Assembly: GCA_964016885.1 (NCBI GenBank)
Contig: OZ024748.1
Coordinates: forward strand, 38,378,001-38,442,000
Reading direction: 5' to 3'
DNA: 64,000 bases
Origin: Eledone cirrhosa
Lineage: Eukaryota
The notes below the pieces were generated by a model. The model searched no databases, had not been told where the DNA came from, and saw only the letters and a program-made list of their open reading frames with translations. Made by a program: the position numbers and the translations under genes. This document shows, one piece after another, positions 1 to 12,353 of the stretch. Within the stretch, counting starts at the first letter, position 1, and every line of letters starts with the position of its first letter.

Positions 1-3000
1 ACTGGGTGTCCTGGCCTTACTGAGTGTCCTGGTCTTACTGGGTGTCCTAGTCTTACTGAGTGTCCTGGTCTTACTGGGTGTCCTAGTCTTACTGGGTGTC
101 CTGGTCTTACTGAGTGTCCTGGTCTTACTGGGTGTCCTAGTCTTACTGAGTGTCCTGGTCTTACTGGGTGTCCTAGTCTTACTGGGTGTCCTGGGCTTAC
201 TGGGTGTCCTAGTCTTACTGGGTGTCCTAGTCTTACTGGGTGTCCTAGTCTTACTGGGTGTCCTGGTCTTACTGAGTGTCCTGGTCTTACTGAGTGTCCT
301 GGTCTTACTGGATGTTCTGGTCTTAATGGGTGTCCTAATCTTACTGGGTGTCCTAGTCTTACTGAGTGTCCTGGTCTTACTGGGTGTCCTAGTCTTACTG
401 AGTGTCCTGGTCTTACTGGGTGTCCTAATCTTACAGGGTGTAACTGGTCTTACTGGGTGTCCTAGTCTTACTGGGTGTCCTGGTCTTACTGGGTGTCCTG
501 GTCTTACTGGGTGTCCTAGTCTTACTGGGTGTCCTGGTCTTACTGGGTATCCTGGTCTTACTGGGTTTCCTAGTCTTACTGTGTGTCCTGGTCTTACTGG
601 GTGTCCTAGTCTTACTGGGTGTGCTAGTCTTACTGGGTGTCCTAGTCTTACTGGGTGTCCTGGTCTTACTGGGTGTCCTGGTCTTACTGTGTTTCCTAGT
701 CTTACTGGGTGTCCTGGTCTTACTTGGTGTCCTAGTCTTACTGGGTGTCCTAGTCTTACTGGGTGTCCTGGTCTTACTGAGTGTCCTAGTCTTACTGGGT
801 GTCCTGGTCTTACTGGGTGTCCTAGCCTTACTGGGTGTCCTTGTCTTACTGGGTGTCCTGGTCTTACTGGGTGTCCTGGTCTTACTGGGTGTCCTATCCT
901 TACTGGGTGTCCTGGTCTTACTGGGTGTCCTGGTCTTACTGGGTGTCCAGGTGTTACTGGGTGTCCAGGCCTTACTGGGTGTCCTGGTCTTACTGGGTGT
1001 CCTGGCCTTACTGGGTGTCCTGGTCTTACTGTGTCCTGGCCTTACTGGGTGTCCTGGTCTTACTGGGTATCCTGGTTTTACTGGGTGTCCTGGTCTTACT
1101 GGGTGTCCTGGTCTTACTGGGTGTCCTAGTCTTACTGGGTTTCCTGGTCTTACTGGGTGTCCTAGTCTTACTGGCTGTCCTGGTCTTACTGGGTGTCCTG
1201 GTCTTACTGGGTGTCCTAGTCTTACTGGGTGTCCTAGTCTTATTGGGTGTCCTGGTCTTACTGGGTGTCCTGGTCTTACTGGGTGTCCTAATCTTACTGG
1301 GTGTCCTGGTCTTACTGGGTGTCCTAGTCTTACTGGGTGTCCTAGTCTTACTGGGTGTCCTAGTCTTACTGGGTGTCCTAGTCTTACTGGGTGTCCTGGT
1401 CTTACTGGGTGTCCTAGTCTTACTGGGTGTCCGGGTCTTACTGGGTGTCCTGGTCATACAGGGTGTCCGGGTCTTACTGAGTGTCCTAGTCTTTCTGGGT
1501 GTCCTGGCCATACTGGGTATCCTAGTCTTACTGGGTGTCCTAGTCTTACTGGGTGTCCTAGTCTTACTGGGTGTCCTGGTCTTACTGGGTGTCCTGGTCT
1601 TACTGGGTGTCCTAGTCTTACTGTGTGTCCTGGTCTTACTGGGTGTCCTAGTCTTACTGGGTGTCCTGGTCTTACTGGATATCCTGGTCTTACTGGGTGT
1701 CCTAGTCTTACTGTGTGTCCTGGTCTTACTGGGTGTCCTAGTCTTACTGGGTGTCCTAGTCTTACTGGGTGTCCTTGTCTTATTGGGTGTCCTGTTCTTA
1801 CTGGGTGTCCTAGTCTTACTGGGTGTCCTGGTCTTACTGCGTGTCCTAGTCTTACTGGGTGTCCGGGTCTTACTGGGTGTCCCGGTCTTACTGGGTGTCC
1901 TGGTCTTACTGTGTGTTCTAGTCTTACTGAGTGTCCTGGTCTTACTGGGTGTCCTAGTCTTACTGGGTGTCCTAGTCTTACTGGGTGTCCTGGTCTTACT
2001 GGGTGTCCTAGTCTTACTGGGTGTCCTAGTCTTACTGGGTGTCCTGGTCTTACTGGGTGTCCTGGTCTTACTGGGTGTCCTGGCTTACTGGGTGTCCTGG
2101 TCTTACTGGGTATCCTGGTCTTACTGGGTGTCCTAGTCTTACTGTGTTTCCTGGTCTTACTGGGTGTCCTAGTCTTACTGGGTGTCCGGGTCTTACTGGG
2201 TGTACGGGTCTTACTGGGTGTCCTGGTCATACAGGGTGTCCGGGTCTTACTGAGTGTCCTAGTCTTTCTGGGTGTCCTGGCCATACTGGGTATCCTAGTC
2301 TTACTGGGTGTCCTAGTCTTACTGGGTGTCCTAGTCTTACTGGGTGTCCTGGTCTTACTGGGTGTCCTGGTCTTACTGGGTGTCCTAGTCTTACTGTGTG
2401 TCCTGGTCTTACTGGGTGTCCTAGTCTTACTGGGTGTCCTGGTCTTACTGGGTGTCTTGGTCTTACTGGGTATCCTGGTCTTACTGTGTGTCCTAGTCTT
2501 ACTGGGTGTCCGGGTCATACTGGGTGTCCTAGTCTTACTGCTGTGTCCTGGTCTTACTGGGTATCCTAGTCTTACTGTGTGTCCTAGTCTTACTGGGTGT
2601 CCTAGCCTTACTGTGTGTCCTAGTCTTACTGGGTGTCCTGGTCTTACTGGGTGTCCTGGCCTTACTGGGTGTCCTGGTCTTACTGGGTGTCCTGGTCTTA
2701 CTGGGTGTCTTAGCCTTACTGGGTGTCCTGGCCTTACTGGGTGTCCTGGTCTTACTGGGTGTCCTGGTCTTACTGGGTGTCCTATCCTTACTGGGTGTCC
2801 TGGTCTTACTCGGTGTCCTGGTCTTACTGGGTGTCTTGGTTTACTGGGTGTCCAGGCCTTACTGGGTGTCCTGGTCTTACTGGGTGTCCTGGCCTTACTG
2901 GGTGTCCTGGTCTTACTGTGTGTCCTGGCCTTACTGGGTGTCCTGGTCTTACTGGGTGTCCTGGTTTTACTGGGTGTCCTGGTCTTACTGGGTGTCCTGG

Positions 3001-5146
3001 CCTTACTGGGTGTCCTGGCCTTACAGGGTGTCCTGGTCTTACTGGGTGTCCTGGCCTTACTGGGTGTCCTGGTCTTACTGGGTGTCCTGGCCTTACTGTG
3101 TGTCCTGGTCTTACTGGGTTTCCTGGCCTTACTGGGTGTCCTGGTATTACTGGGTGTCCTGGTCTTACTGGGTGTCCTAGCCTTACTCAGTGTCCTGGTC
3201 TTACTGGGTGTCCTGGTCTTACTGGGTGTCCTGGTCTTACTGGGTGTCCTGGCCTTACTGGGTGTCCTGGTCTTACTGGGTGTCCTGGCCTTACTGGGTG
3301 TCCTGGCCTTACTGGGTGTCCTGGTCTTACTGGGTGTCCTGGCCTTACTGGGTGTCCTGGTCTTACTGGGTGTCCTGGCCTTACTGTGTGTCCTGGTCTT
3401 ACTGGGTGTCCTGGCCTTACTGGGTGTCCTGGTCTTACTGGGTGTCCTGGTCTTACTGGGTGTCCTAACCTTACTGGGTGTCCTGGTCTTACTGAGTGTC
3501 CTGGTCTTACTGGGTGTCCTAGCCTTACTGGTGTCCTAACCCTACTGGGTGTCCTGGTCTTACTGAGTGTCCTGGTCTTACTGTGTGTCCTGGTCTTACT
3601 GGGTGTCCTGGCCTTACTGGGTGTCCTGGTATTACTGGGTGTCCTGGTCTTACTGGGTGTCCTAGCCTTACTGAGTGTCCTGGTCTTACTGGGTGTCCTG
3701 GTCTTACTGGGTGTCCTGGTCTTACTGGGTGTCCTGGCCTTACTGGGTGTCCTGGTCTTACTGGGTGTCCTGGCCTTACTGGGTGTACTGGTCTTACTGG
3801 GTGTCCTGGTCTTACTGGGTGTCCTAACCTTACTGGGTGTCCTGGCCTTACTGGGTGTCCTAGTCTTACTGGGTGTCCTGGTCTTACTGGGTGTCCTAGC
3901 CTTACTGGGTGTCCTGGTCTTACTGGGTGTCCTAACCTTACTGGGTGTCCTGGTCTTACTGGGTGTCCTAGTGTTACTGGGTGTCCTGGTCTTACTGAGT
4001 GTCCTGGTCTTACTGGGTGTCCTGGTCTTACTGGGTGTCCTAACCTTACTGGGTGTCCTGGTCTTACTGAGTGTCCTGGTCTTACTGGGTGTCCTAGCCT
4101 TACTGGTGTCCTAACCTTACTGGGTTTCCTGGTCTTACTGAGTTTCCTGGTCTTACTGGGTGTCCTGGTCTTACTGGGTGTCCTAGCCTTACTGGGTGTC
4201 CTATCCTTACTGGGTGTCCTGGTCTTACTGGGTGTCCTAGTCTTACTGGGTGTCCTGGTCTTACTGGGTGTCCTAACCTTACTGGGTGTCCTGGTCTTAC
4301 TGGGTATCCTAGCCTTACTGGGTGTCCTAACCTTACTGGGTGTCCTGGTCTTACTGGGTGTCCTAGCCTTACTGGGTGTCTTAACCTTACTGGGTGTCCT
4401 GGTCTTACTGAGTGTCCTGGTCTTACTGAGTGTCCTGGTCTTACTGGGTGTCCTGGTCTTACTGGGTGTCCTAGCCTTACTGGGTGTCCTGGTCTTACTG
4501 GGTGTCCTGGTCTTACTGGGTGTCCTAGCCTTACTGGGTGTCCTGGTCTTACTGGGTTTCCTGGCCTTACTGGGTATCCTATTCTTACTGAGTGTCCTGG
4601 TCTTACTGGGTGTCTTAGTCTTACTGGATGTCTTGGTCTTACTGGGTGTCCTGACCTTACTGGGTGTCCTAGTCTTACTGGGTGTCCTGGTCTTACTGGG
4701 TGTCCTGGTCTTACTGGGTGTCCTAGCCTTACTGGGTGTCCTGGCCTTACTGGGTATCCTGGTATTACTGGGTGTCCTAGCCGTACTGGGTGTCCTGGCC
4801 TTACTGGGTTTCCTGGCCTTACTGGGTGTCCTGGCCTTACGGGGTGTCCTGGTATTACTGGGTGTCCTAGCCTTACTGGGTGTCCTGGCCTTACGGGGTG
4901 TCCTGGTCTTACTGGGTGTCCTGGTCTTACTGGGTGTCCTAACCTTACTGGGTGTCCTGGCCTTACTGGCTGTCCTAGCCTTACGGGGTGTCCTGGTATT
5001 ACTGGGTGTCCTAGCCTTACTGGGTGTCCTGGCCTTACTGGGTGTCCTGGCCTTACGGGGTGTCCTGGTATTACTGGGTGTCCTGGCCTTACTGGGTGTC
5101 CTGGCCTTACTGGGTGTCCTGGTCTTACTGAGTGTCCTAGTCTTAC
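1..5146. repeat. 18-bp minisatellite (CTTACTGGGTGTCCTGGT)n, runs off the left edge
   Basis: Continuous tandem 18-mer with CTAG/CTGG/CTAA variants; explains all the TGCPGL / LLGVLV ORFs. Confidence 0.98.
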
Positions 5147-5237
5147 GGCCATATAAAATTATTAGACTTTGGGGTTTCCCTCAAAGGTTTCTCAACCAAA
5201 AAGTGTTCCGCGTTTGAAAACGTTTGGGAAACCCTGA
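5147..5237. mobile_element. Possible hAT-type MITE terminus
   Basis: Ends GTTCCGCG...AAAACGTTTGGGAAACCCTG, resembling a hAT/Charlie terminal repeat (CAGGGTTTCCCAAAC on the minus strand); other end not in the window. Confidence 0.35.
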
Positions 5238-5957
5238 TCCAGATGATAATCCTCTGACACCCACAACCCCTTGTCACTTCTTTCTACATGCCAGAGCCTT
5301 GAACCTGGAGCGCAGACGTAACCTCAGCCTCAAAACCTAGATCAGCAATAGTCACCTTGGAGGGGACGAGTTTCGTGCTTGAAATAACAGTTGAAAACAT
5401 TCCTGAGATTTCTTACTACTTTATTCTTATAATGATGAAACAACATTTTTCAATCCGCTTTCTTCTCTTCATAAAGATCGTTGTTATCTTCTAAGAACTA
5501 CATATTTTTCTGTGAGGGCTTGTCGATTATTATCTCATTGTATAATCATTTATATTGCTTCGGAATGTGTACAATGTTTGATAATGCTTTGTGATACTCA
5601 ATATATTTTTTCTCATGTTTTTTACTGTAGTATCCTAACATAAGTTTTATTGAAACATATGTAAGACTATTAAATGTTTGGAGAAATTTATTCTTTTATA
5701 TAAATTTGCGCTTTGAATTTAGATCCCACCGAGGTCAACCTTTCGTGTATTCAAGGTCAATAAAAAGTATACCAGTCTAGTAATCTGGACGATTCTTCCT
5801 CTATATCTTTTTCTCACTCCCACTCTCTCATTCTTTCTAGTCTTCTGTGGAAGTGATTTGCTGTGTTCAGACCTGCCAGATTTTTTAAACTGTCCCAGAA
5901 CCGCTGTATGTCAATGCGGCGCCCCTACGACTCCATCTGGAGTTACTGGAACATACA

Positions 5958-6014
<57 letters not shown>

Positions 6015-6021
<7 letters not shown>

Positions 6022-6610
6022 TATGTATACGGACATACATATATGTGTACAGACGTACAGTAGTATGTATATATATACATACATGCACACATATATATAT
6101 GTACGTATGGGTTTACCGAACATTTATATAATGTTCGGTTTGTTTGTAAACAAACAGCCCGAATTACGCTGTACAGTGTTCGGCAACCATCGTCGCCCTT
6201 TTGTTCAACACTGACACAGGAACGATGTACTAGTTTCAAGCTTATTAGCTATCGTCAGCATCGTTAGGCAGCTCAGCAAATTAGGCTGCTCAGCCGTTAA
6301 TATGTATATGGAAAGTATATACTTCCAAACGTTCAATCATCTGACAGGAAGGTATACGATGCTGACGATAGCTAATAAGCTTTAAACTAGTACATCATTC
6401 CTGTGTCAGTGTTGAACAAAAGGGCGACGATGGTTGCCGAACACTGTACGGCGTAATTCGGGCTGTTTGTTTACAAACAAACCGAACATTATAATAAATG
6501 TTCGGTAAACCCATACGTACATATATATATATATGTGTGCATGTATGTATATATATACATACTACTGTACGTCTGTACACATATATGTATGTACGTATAC
6601 ATACTTATAT
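6015..6610. mobile_element. Fold-back module (arms ~6015-6264 and ~6355-6610), Penelope-like pLTR derivative
   Basis: Near-perfect ~250-bp inverted arms, ~90-bp spacer, starts in a (TA)n run, carries a hammerhead motif. Confidence 0.8.
6221..6265 (-). ncRNA. Minimal type I hammerhead ribozyme
   Basis: Minus strand AACGATG-CTGACGA-TAGCTAATAAGCTT-GAAA-CTAG-TA-CATCGTT: 7-bp stem I, intact core, palindromic stem III, GUA site. Confidence 0.8.
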
Positions 6611-6663
6611 TTAGGTATCAGCCGTACTAAGAGTGAGAAATGAAATTTCGTTTCATTCTTTTC

Positions 6664-6689
<26 letters not shown>

Positions 6690-6698
<9 letters not shown>

Positions 6699-7825
6699 GA
6701 CGTAAAATAAGAAAATTATAAAAATCAACTTACTTACTAAAATTTCACTCCAACTAATTAGTTTCTGTAAGGGAATAAACATGATTTCCTAATGGAACCT
6801 CAGAGAAAATCCTTACGTCATCAGGGAGTCTATTCTCAGCTAAGTTCCCAGGCAATGCGTGGACACAGGGAACTTATACACAAATAATTCAGTGGATGGA
6901 AAAAAGCGAGCGAGGACTAAATTCCAGGACATTGAAAAAATCACTGCCTACTTGGTCGGTGGCAAATTCAAAAGAATCAATCACGTGACACTGAGGTTAA
7001 TCAGTGAGGAGTGGGGTGCTAATAAGACAGGAGCCTGACTATTACCATGAACCATAGTAGTAGTTTTGGCAAATTTTTGCTCAACAAATAATTTGGAGAT
7101 AATTATAAAGAATTAGTATATAATTATAAAGAATTAGTAAAGTTGATTTTTATAATTTTCTTATTTTACGTCTTTCATATAATTGTTCTGCATCCCCTTG
7201 CGTTGAACCACAAAGTTACTAAGACAAAACCTATATATTTGCTAGCATAGGTATGCATCTGTATATATATGTTGGTAGATATACTAATTCTTTATAATTA
7301 TCTCCAAATTATTTGTTGAGCAAAAATTTGCCAAAACTACTGTTATGGTTCATGGTAGTAGTCAGGCTCCTGTCTTATTAGCACCCCACTCCTCACTGAT
7401 TAACCTCAGTGTTACGTGATTGATTCTTTTGAATTTGCCACCGACCAAGTAGGCAGTGATTTTTTCAATGTCCTGGAATTTAGTCCTCGCTCGCTTTTTT
7501 CCATCTACTGAATTATTTTTGTATAAGTTCCCTGTGTCCACGCATTGCCTGGGAACTTAGCTGAGAATAGAGTCCCTGATGACGTAAGGATTTTCTCTGT
7601 GGTTCCATTCGGAAACCATGTTTATTCCCTTACAGAAACTAATTAGTTGGAGTGAAATTTTAGTAAGTAAGTTGATTTTTATAATTTTCTTATTTTACGT
7701 CTTTCATATAATTGTTCTGCATCCCCTTGCATTGAACCACAAAGTTACTCAGACAAAACCTATATATTTGCTAGCATAGGTATGCATCTGTATATATATG
7801 TTGGTAGATACACTAATTCTTTATA
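6690..7825. mobile_element. Non-coding Penelope/retrozyme-like module: inverted copy plus ~540-bp head-to-tail repeat
   Basis: 6692-7120 is the reverse complement of ~7280-7710; ~7135-7295 recurs at ~7665-7822; CTGATGA...GAAA at 7576-7615; (TA)n on both sides. Confidence 0.7.
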
Positions 7826-8129
7826 TATATATATATATTATATGGACCTCTCAAAGTACGTTGGATTTTTTTTATTGGACTTTCATCTCGAAACTGGATA
7901 CCAACCCGGAGTACACCTGAACTTCCACCAGGAAATCTTTCGTATCTTTGAAATTTTCTTTGCTTCTTGCATTTAAATATTCCTCGACTCTCTACCACTT
8001 TTCCTCTACTACATTCTTCTCAGCCGTCTAATTTTCACTCCCACCCTAGTACCTTCAATATTTTTATCTAAAGACATTTTTCCAATTCCAACCCGCCCGT
8101 CTCTTCAATCTATTTTATTTCTCATTCTT

Positions 8130-8165
8130 TCTTCTGAGGAAGGACTAGCGTCCGAAACGTTAAGA
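8130..8165 (+). ncRNA. Minimal type I hammerhead ribozyme in a PLE 3' fragment (~7840-8260)
   Basis: TCTT-CTGAGGA-AGGACTAGCGTCC-GAAA-CG-TT-AAGA; stem I TCTT/AAGA, palindromic AACGTT stem III. Confidence 0.75.
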
Positions 8166-8248
8166 CCCTCTTCCTGTTATATCAAGCGTTAACCTAATAT
8201 ATACCTTCATATACTGTACCGATTGAGTTGTTATTTCTGTTTACCTTT

Positions 8249-8285
<37 letters not shown>

Positions 8286-8404
8286 ATACTTTGGGAGGGT
8301 CATGTTGCCAATAAGAAACACACGCACCAGTTGCTTTCACTTCAATTTATTATAAATTTCCGGTTTGTTGGTTGGTTCCACAACCGCACGGTTGTTCATA
8401 TATT

Positions 8405-8447
8405 GTCAAAGTTCTTTCGTCACACATTCTGTGACCTCTTCAGTGAC
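8405..8447 (-). ncRNA. Minimal type I hammerhead ribozyme
   Basis: Minus strand GTCA-CTGAAGA-GGTCACAGAATGTGTGAC-GAAA-GAAC-TT-TGAC; stems I and II pair. Confidence 0.75.
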
Positions 8448-8699
8448 TGGGGATTCTTTTCTTTGTTTTGTGCCTCTCCTTTGTTCTGTCTTACGCCATC
8501 TTGTTTTTGTGTGTGCTGTGTGCTTAGTTTGCGCATGTGTTACATCCGGTTGTCTGTGTGTGTTTAGCTTACAAATTTAGAAGGGCCCTAGATAAACTTC
8601 AACTAAATATTAAGATAGTGGAAAGACCAGGTACCTCAGCTAAAGAATTTTGCTATACAAATTCAGAAACAAAATATATATATATAAAATGCCGCATTA

Positions 8700-9823
8700 G
8701 CTAATACAACATCCTTGGCTGAAACAATTAATAATTATAGAAAGAAGAATATCGATTACAACCTTACATGCCCCTTATCAAAATAACAGATACGAGTGTA
8801 GGTTGTGCTCCCAGGAACTTTTTGAAATCATGAAATCTAAGGATATCCTATTAAATAAGCGACAGGAATTAATTATATCTTGCAATCATAGAATTAGAAG
8901 AACCTTCAAATATTATAAACCTAATTAATATACACCTTACACTTATATTTTACGTATTATTATAATTAGTTTTTTTTAATTTAGTTAACCTATAATTAGT
9001 ACTTTACTACAGAGAACTTCATAATTTTATTTCCCTCTTACAGCTCTCTTTTCCTAAAATTAATACCTAATAGTATACCTATAAATTAATTTAATTTCCT
9101 GTTATGAATCTAGATTCCTTGTAGTTTATATAAGCTTGGTATTTCTCACTACTACCCTTACCCTAAAATTTTATTTTCCTTCGTTTTTAACAACACTCTT
9201 TAATAACATCTAATTCTTATTTATCACATTCATATGAATTAATATAAATTTATCCCTATAAGTATACCTATCAATTAATGTAATTTCTTATTATAGATCT
9301 AGATTCCTTGTGGTTTAAATAAGATTGGTATTTCTCACTAATACCCTTACCCTAAAATTTTATTTTCCTTCGTTTTTAACATTATTCTTTAATAACATCA
9401 AATTTTCGTGTACCTTTCACTGGCTTGACCTCTTTTCATCCCCAAAGTATTCTTTTCATTCAAAGTATTCTTTTCATTCAAAACATAAGTCTGCACTCCT
9501 CTACCCCTAAATTAAATTTCTACTACCACTATTCTATCAACTTGACCTCTAACTACTTTTCTATTGGTCAATTCAAAACCTGTTCCCAAACAGACCTTTT
9601 ATATTAAATCTTTGTTGGTTTTTTTCAATAAACAAACCTCATCATTTCTGAAAACAGCATGTATATGTCAAGGTATGTATATTTCCTCTGATAATTTGTA
9701 ATATTTTTACATAGATCTATATGATATACATACCAACACACATATGCATCCTAGAAACGATCGTAAAATAATGAATTTTTTTAATATAAGGAACTTGTTC
9801 TTTGTTTTTATTTCATTGTTTTT

Positions 9824-9830
<7 letters not shown>
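8700..9830 (+). mobile_element. Naiad-type Penelope-like element 3' remnant (GIY-YIG C-terminus plus 3' pLTR)
   Basis: Translates NTTSLAETINNYRKKNIDYNLT...PYQNNRYECRLCSQELFEIMKSKDILLNKRQELIISCNHR, resembling the Naiad CxLC..EK..I..LLNKRSE..C.H tail; AT-rich UTR with hammerhead, ends in (TA)n. Confidence 0.7.
9640..9773 (+). ncRNA. Hammerhead-like motif with ~100-nt extended stem II
   Basis: CATCATTT-CTGAAAA-[long hairpin GGTATGTATATT/GATATACATACC]-GAAA-CGATCG-TA-AAATAATG; G8 replaced by A. Confidence 0.5.
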
Positions 9831-9870
<40 letters not shown>

Positions 9871-9873
9871 CGT

Positions 9874-9960
<87 letters not shown>

Positions 9961-10706
9961 GTAACAACTAAGATAAAAAACACTCATATATATATATATA
10001 TAAAACATGAGAAGAAAGAAGAATACTGCGTGGTTTGCACATGGGTTACATATGATAAAAATAGTCCTTCGTCAGTGATTTTCCAACCATCATTGGTATT
10101 TCATCGCATTAAAAATCAGATACCTCAGGTTGGTGCGAGCAATAACTAAAAAAAGTTATTGGGACCAGAATTCGCGTAAGGCGAGGGGGACAAATAAACA
10201 ACATAGAAGGATAAAAGCAAACCGAAGATATGAAAATAAACAAGCAACATGGTTGTCCGGTCAGCATAAGCTGGGTGGATTTCATGATCGGGAGAGGTAC
10301 AGACCGTGTTGATGTGTGTGAGATGTGAGCAAGAAGAGACCCACACAAGCCAAATGGGAGGAAGTGAGAAGGGGAGAAACAGAGAGTGAGTGAATGGAAG
10401 TGTGAGGAAGAGGTCAGTCGAGAGAAAGTGTAACTAATATATATTTATATACATGAGTGTTACGTAGTAACTTCCTGATGATAAGCAGATCCTGGTGTGC
10501 AAAAGCACTACACGTCAGTAGTTTATCGCAAGTAGGTGATATCAAATAATGGTAGTTAAGACGGGTTTAAATCACCATAATTGTTTATTACATTATATAT
10601 ATTTCTGTTACATGGTTCTTCTTGTGACTTCGTCAGATTCTTACGCAATCGCTGTGACATGCCGGTGACCATGCACTTCCATCCAGTAGTGAAGTGGTCC
10701 GGCATA

Positions 10707-10766
<60 letters not shown>

Positions 10767-10833
10767 TAGCAGAAGTACCCGGCGTTGCCCCGGTGTAAGT
10801 CGACCTTTGCTCTGTTGTTAAAATGTGTGAAAG

Positions 10834-11670
10834 TTACTTCCCGCGCATCACAGGTGCAACGTTGTTGTTGGGGTCCACGCTGTTGGTGGTGTTGTTATTG
10901 TCTACACCAAATGAGGTCATCATGAAACAGGAGTTGTATTTCCACATGTTACGGCGGAACGTTGTAGCTGTAGTGTCGTCACCTGTAAGTAGATTCAGAA
11001 GAACGTCTGGCGGGTCAGCCAATGCCTCTAGTTGCACCTTACCTCCTGCACAGCACATAGAAGGCGGCTCGCCTGGCCACTTCATTGCTTTGTAGGATAT
11101 ACGGACATTATCCATTTTGCCAATGGAAATTGTAGGCAGACGTCCGTAATCCTCAGAGCGGTTATATCTGAAGGCTGCTTTTACCCAGCCTGAGCTCTTG
11201 GCAGCAGTAGCTAATGTATGCCGGGAACGCTTAGCAGCAAGCCTGTTGTCTCTGTCTGCCGTGGACTCCTCCGCAAGCGCTTGTTGGCGACGAAGGCGAA
11301 CGCCAGCAAGCCGCGTCGTACGGGATGTTGGTGACTCCTCCGCAAGCGCTTGTTGGCGATGAAGGCGAACGCCAGAAAGCCGCGTTGTACGGGATGTTGG
11401 TGACTCCTCTGCAAGCGCTTGTTGGTGACGAAGGCGAACGCCAGCAAGACGCGTCGTACGAGATGTTGGTGACTCCTCCGCCAGCGCTTATTGGCGACGA
11501 AGGCGAACACCAGCAAGCAGCGTCGTACGGGATGTTGGTGACTCCTCCGCCAGCGCTTGTTGGCGACAAAGGCGAACATCAGCAAGCCTTGTCGTGCGGG
11601 ATGTTGGTGACTCAACCAGCCAGGAAAGACGTCCATCAGCGAGTCGAGATTCGCGCTCACAGGTGTTTCC
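10834..11670 (-). pseudogene. Helitron RepHel N-terminal fragment with 23-aa STPR-like repeats
   Basis: One frame reads (ESPTSRTTRLAGVRLRRQQALAE)n...KAAFRYNRSEDY...IGKMDNV...AMKWPGEPPSMCCAGGKVQL...FRRNMWKYNSCFMMTSFG; one TAA at ~11489; 69-bp tandem unit. Confidence 0.8.
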
Positions 11671-12096
11671 TAGAGAAATTTAATTAATGCTACTGGTTAG
11701 CTAAGCCAAAGGCACTGTGCCAATAGTAAATGAGAAAAGTGTAATATGAACAAAAGGGAATCAAGGTAAGACAATAAATTTAATATAACTACGATTAGAT
11801 TGTTGTAGTTGCTTAAAAGTGGTGACAGTTAGGATAAACGCAGTGGGAGAATATTGCATAAAGGATTAACCAATTGTGAATGAACGCATACTTGAGAACG
11901 CCTAATTCGTCGTCTCAAAGCAGTAGCTGTATCTTTTTTGGAGGTAAGTCTTGAACGTTTCCGTGTGGGCATAACGACGTGTAACGAAGCTGTTAGGTTA
12001 GAGAAGCATGATTCAGTACAGAGAGAGGTGACACCAGATTCGCTAGCATGGTTACTGGTGAATAGGAAGGTTTGGAAATATGATTACAATAACTTA

Positions 12097-12353
12097 CCGA
12101 ATTTTCCGGCCTATAAAGTGCACTTAAAATACCTAAATTTCATCAAAACAACAGCTCTGCGCTTTATACTCCGGTGAGCCTTATGTATAAATAATACAAT
12201 GGCAATCAATCACGGCTCTAACAGAAGTAATAGATCTAGACTAAAAGTAAAGAAGATAGCATTTTCCTGGTTGGCCTTACACGCCGCTGCGCGGACCTGA
12301 TTTTAAATGATACGCCTTATATTCCGGTGAGCCTTATAGAGCGGAAAATACGG
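12097..12353. mobile_element. Tc1/pogo-type MITE nested in the Helitron
   Basis: TA-CCGAATTTTCCG ... CGGAAAATACGG-TA terminal inverted repeats. Confidence 0.65.

Noticed and set aside
326-5217. Long ORFs of TGCPGL, LLGVLV, RPGHPV or SKTRTP repeats resembling antifreeze or structural proteins
   Set aside because: An 18-bp unit is open in several frames on both strands; indels switch frames freely; no signal peptide, splice context or codon-position bias
5238-5400. Possible exon or BEL/Pao remnant (DPDDNPLTP..CHFFL)
   Set aside because: Too short, an early stop follows, and there is no supporting context
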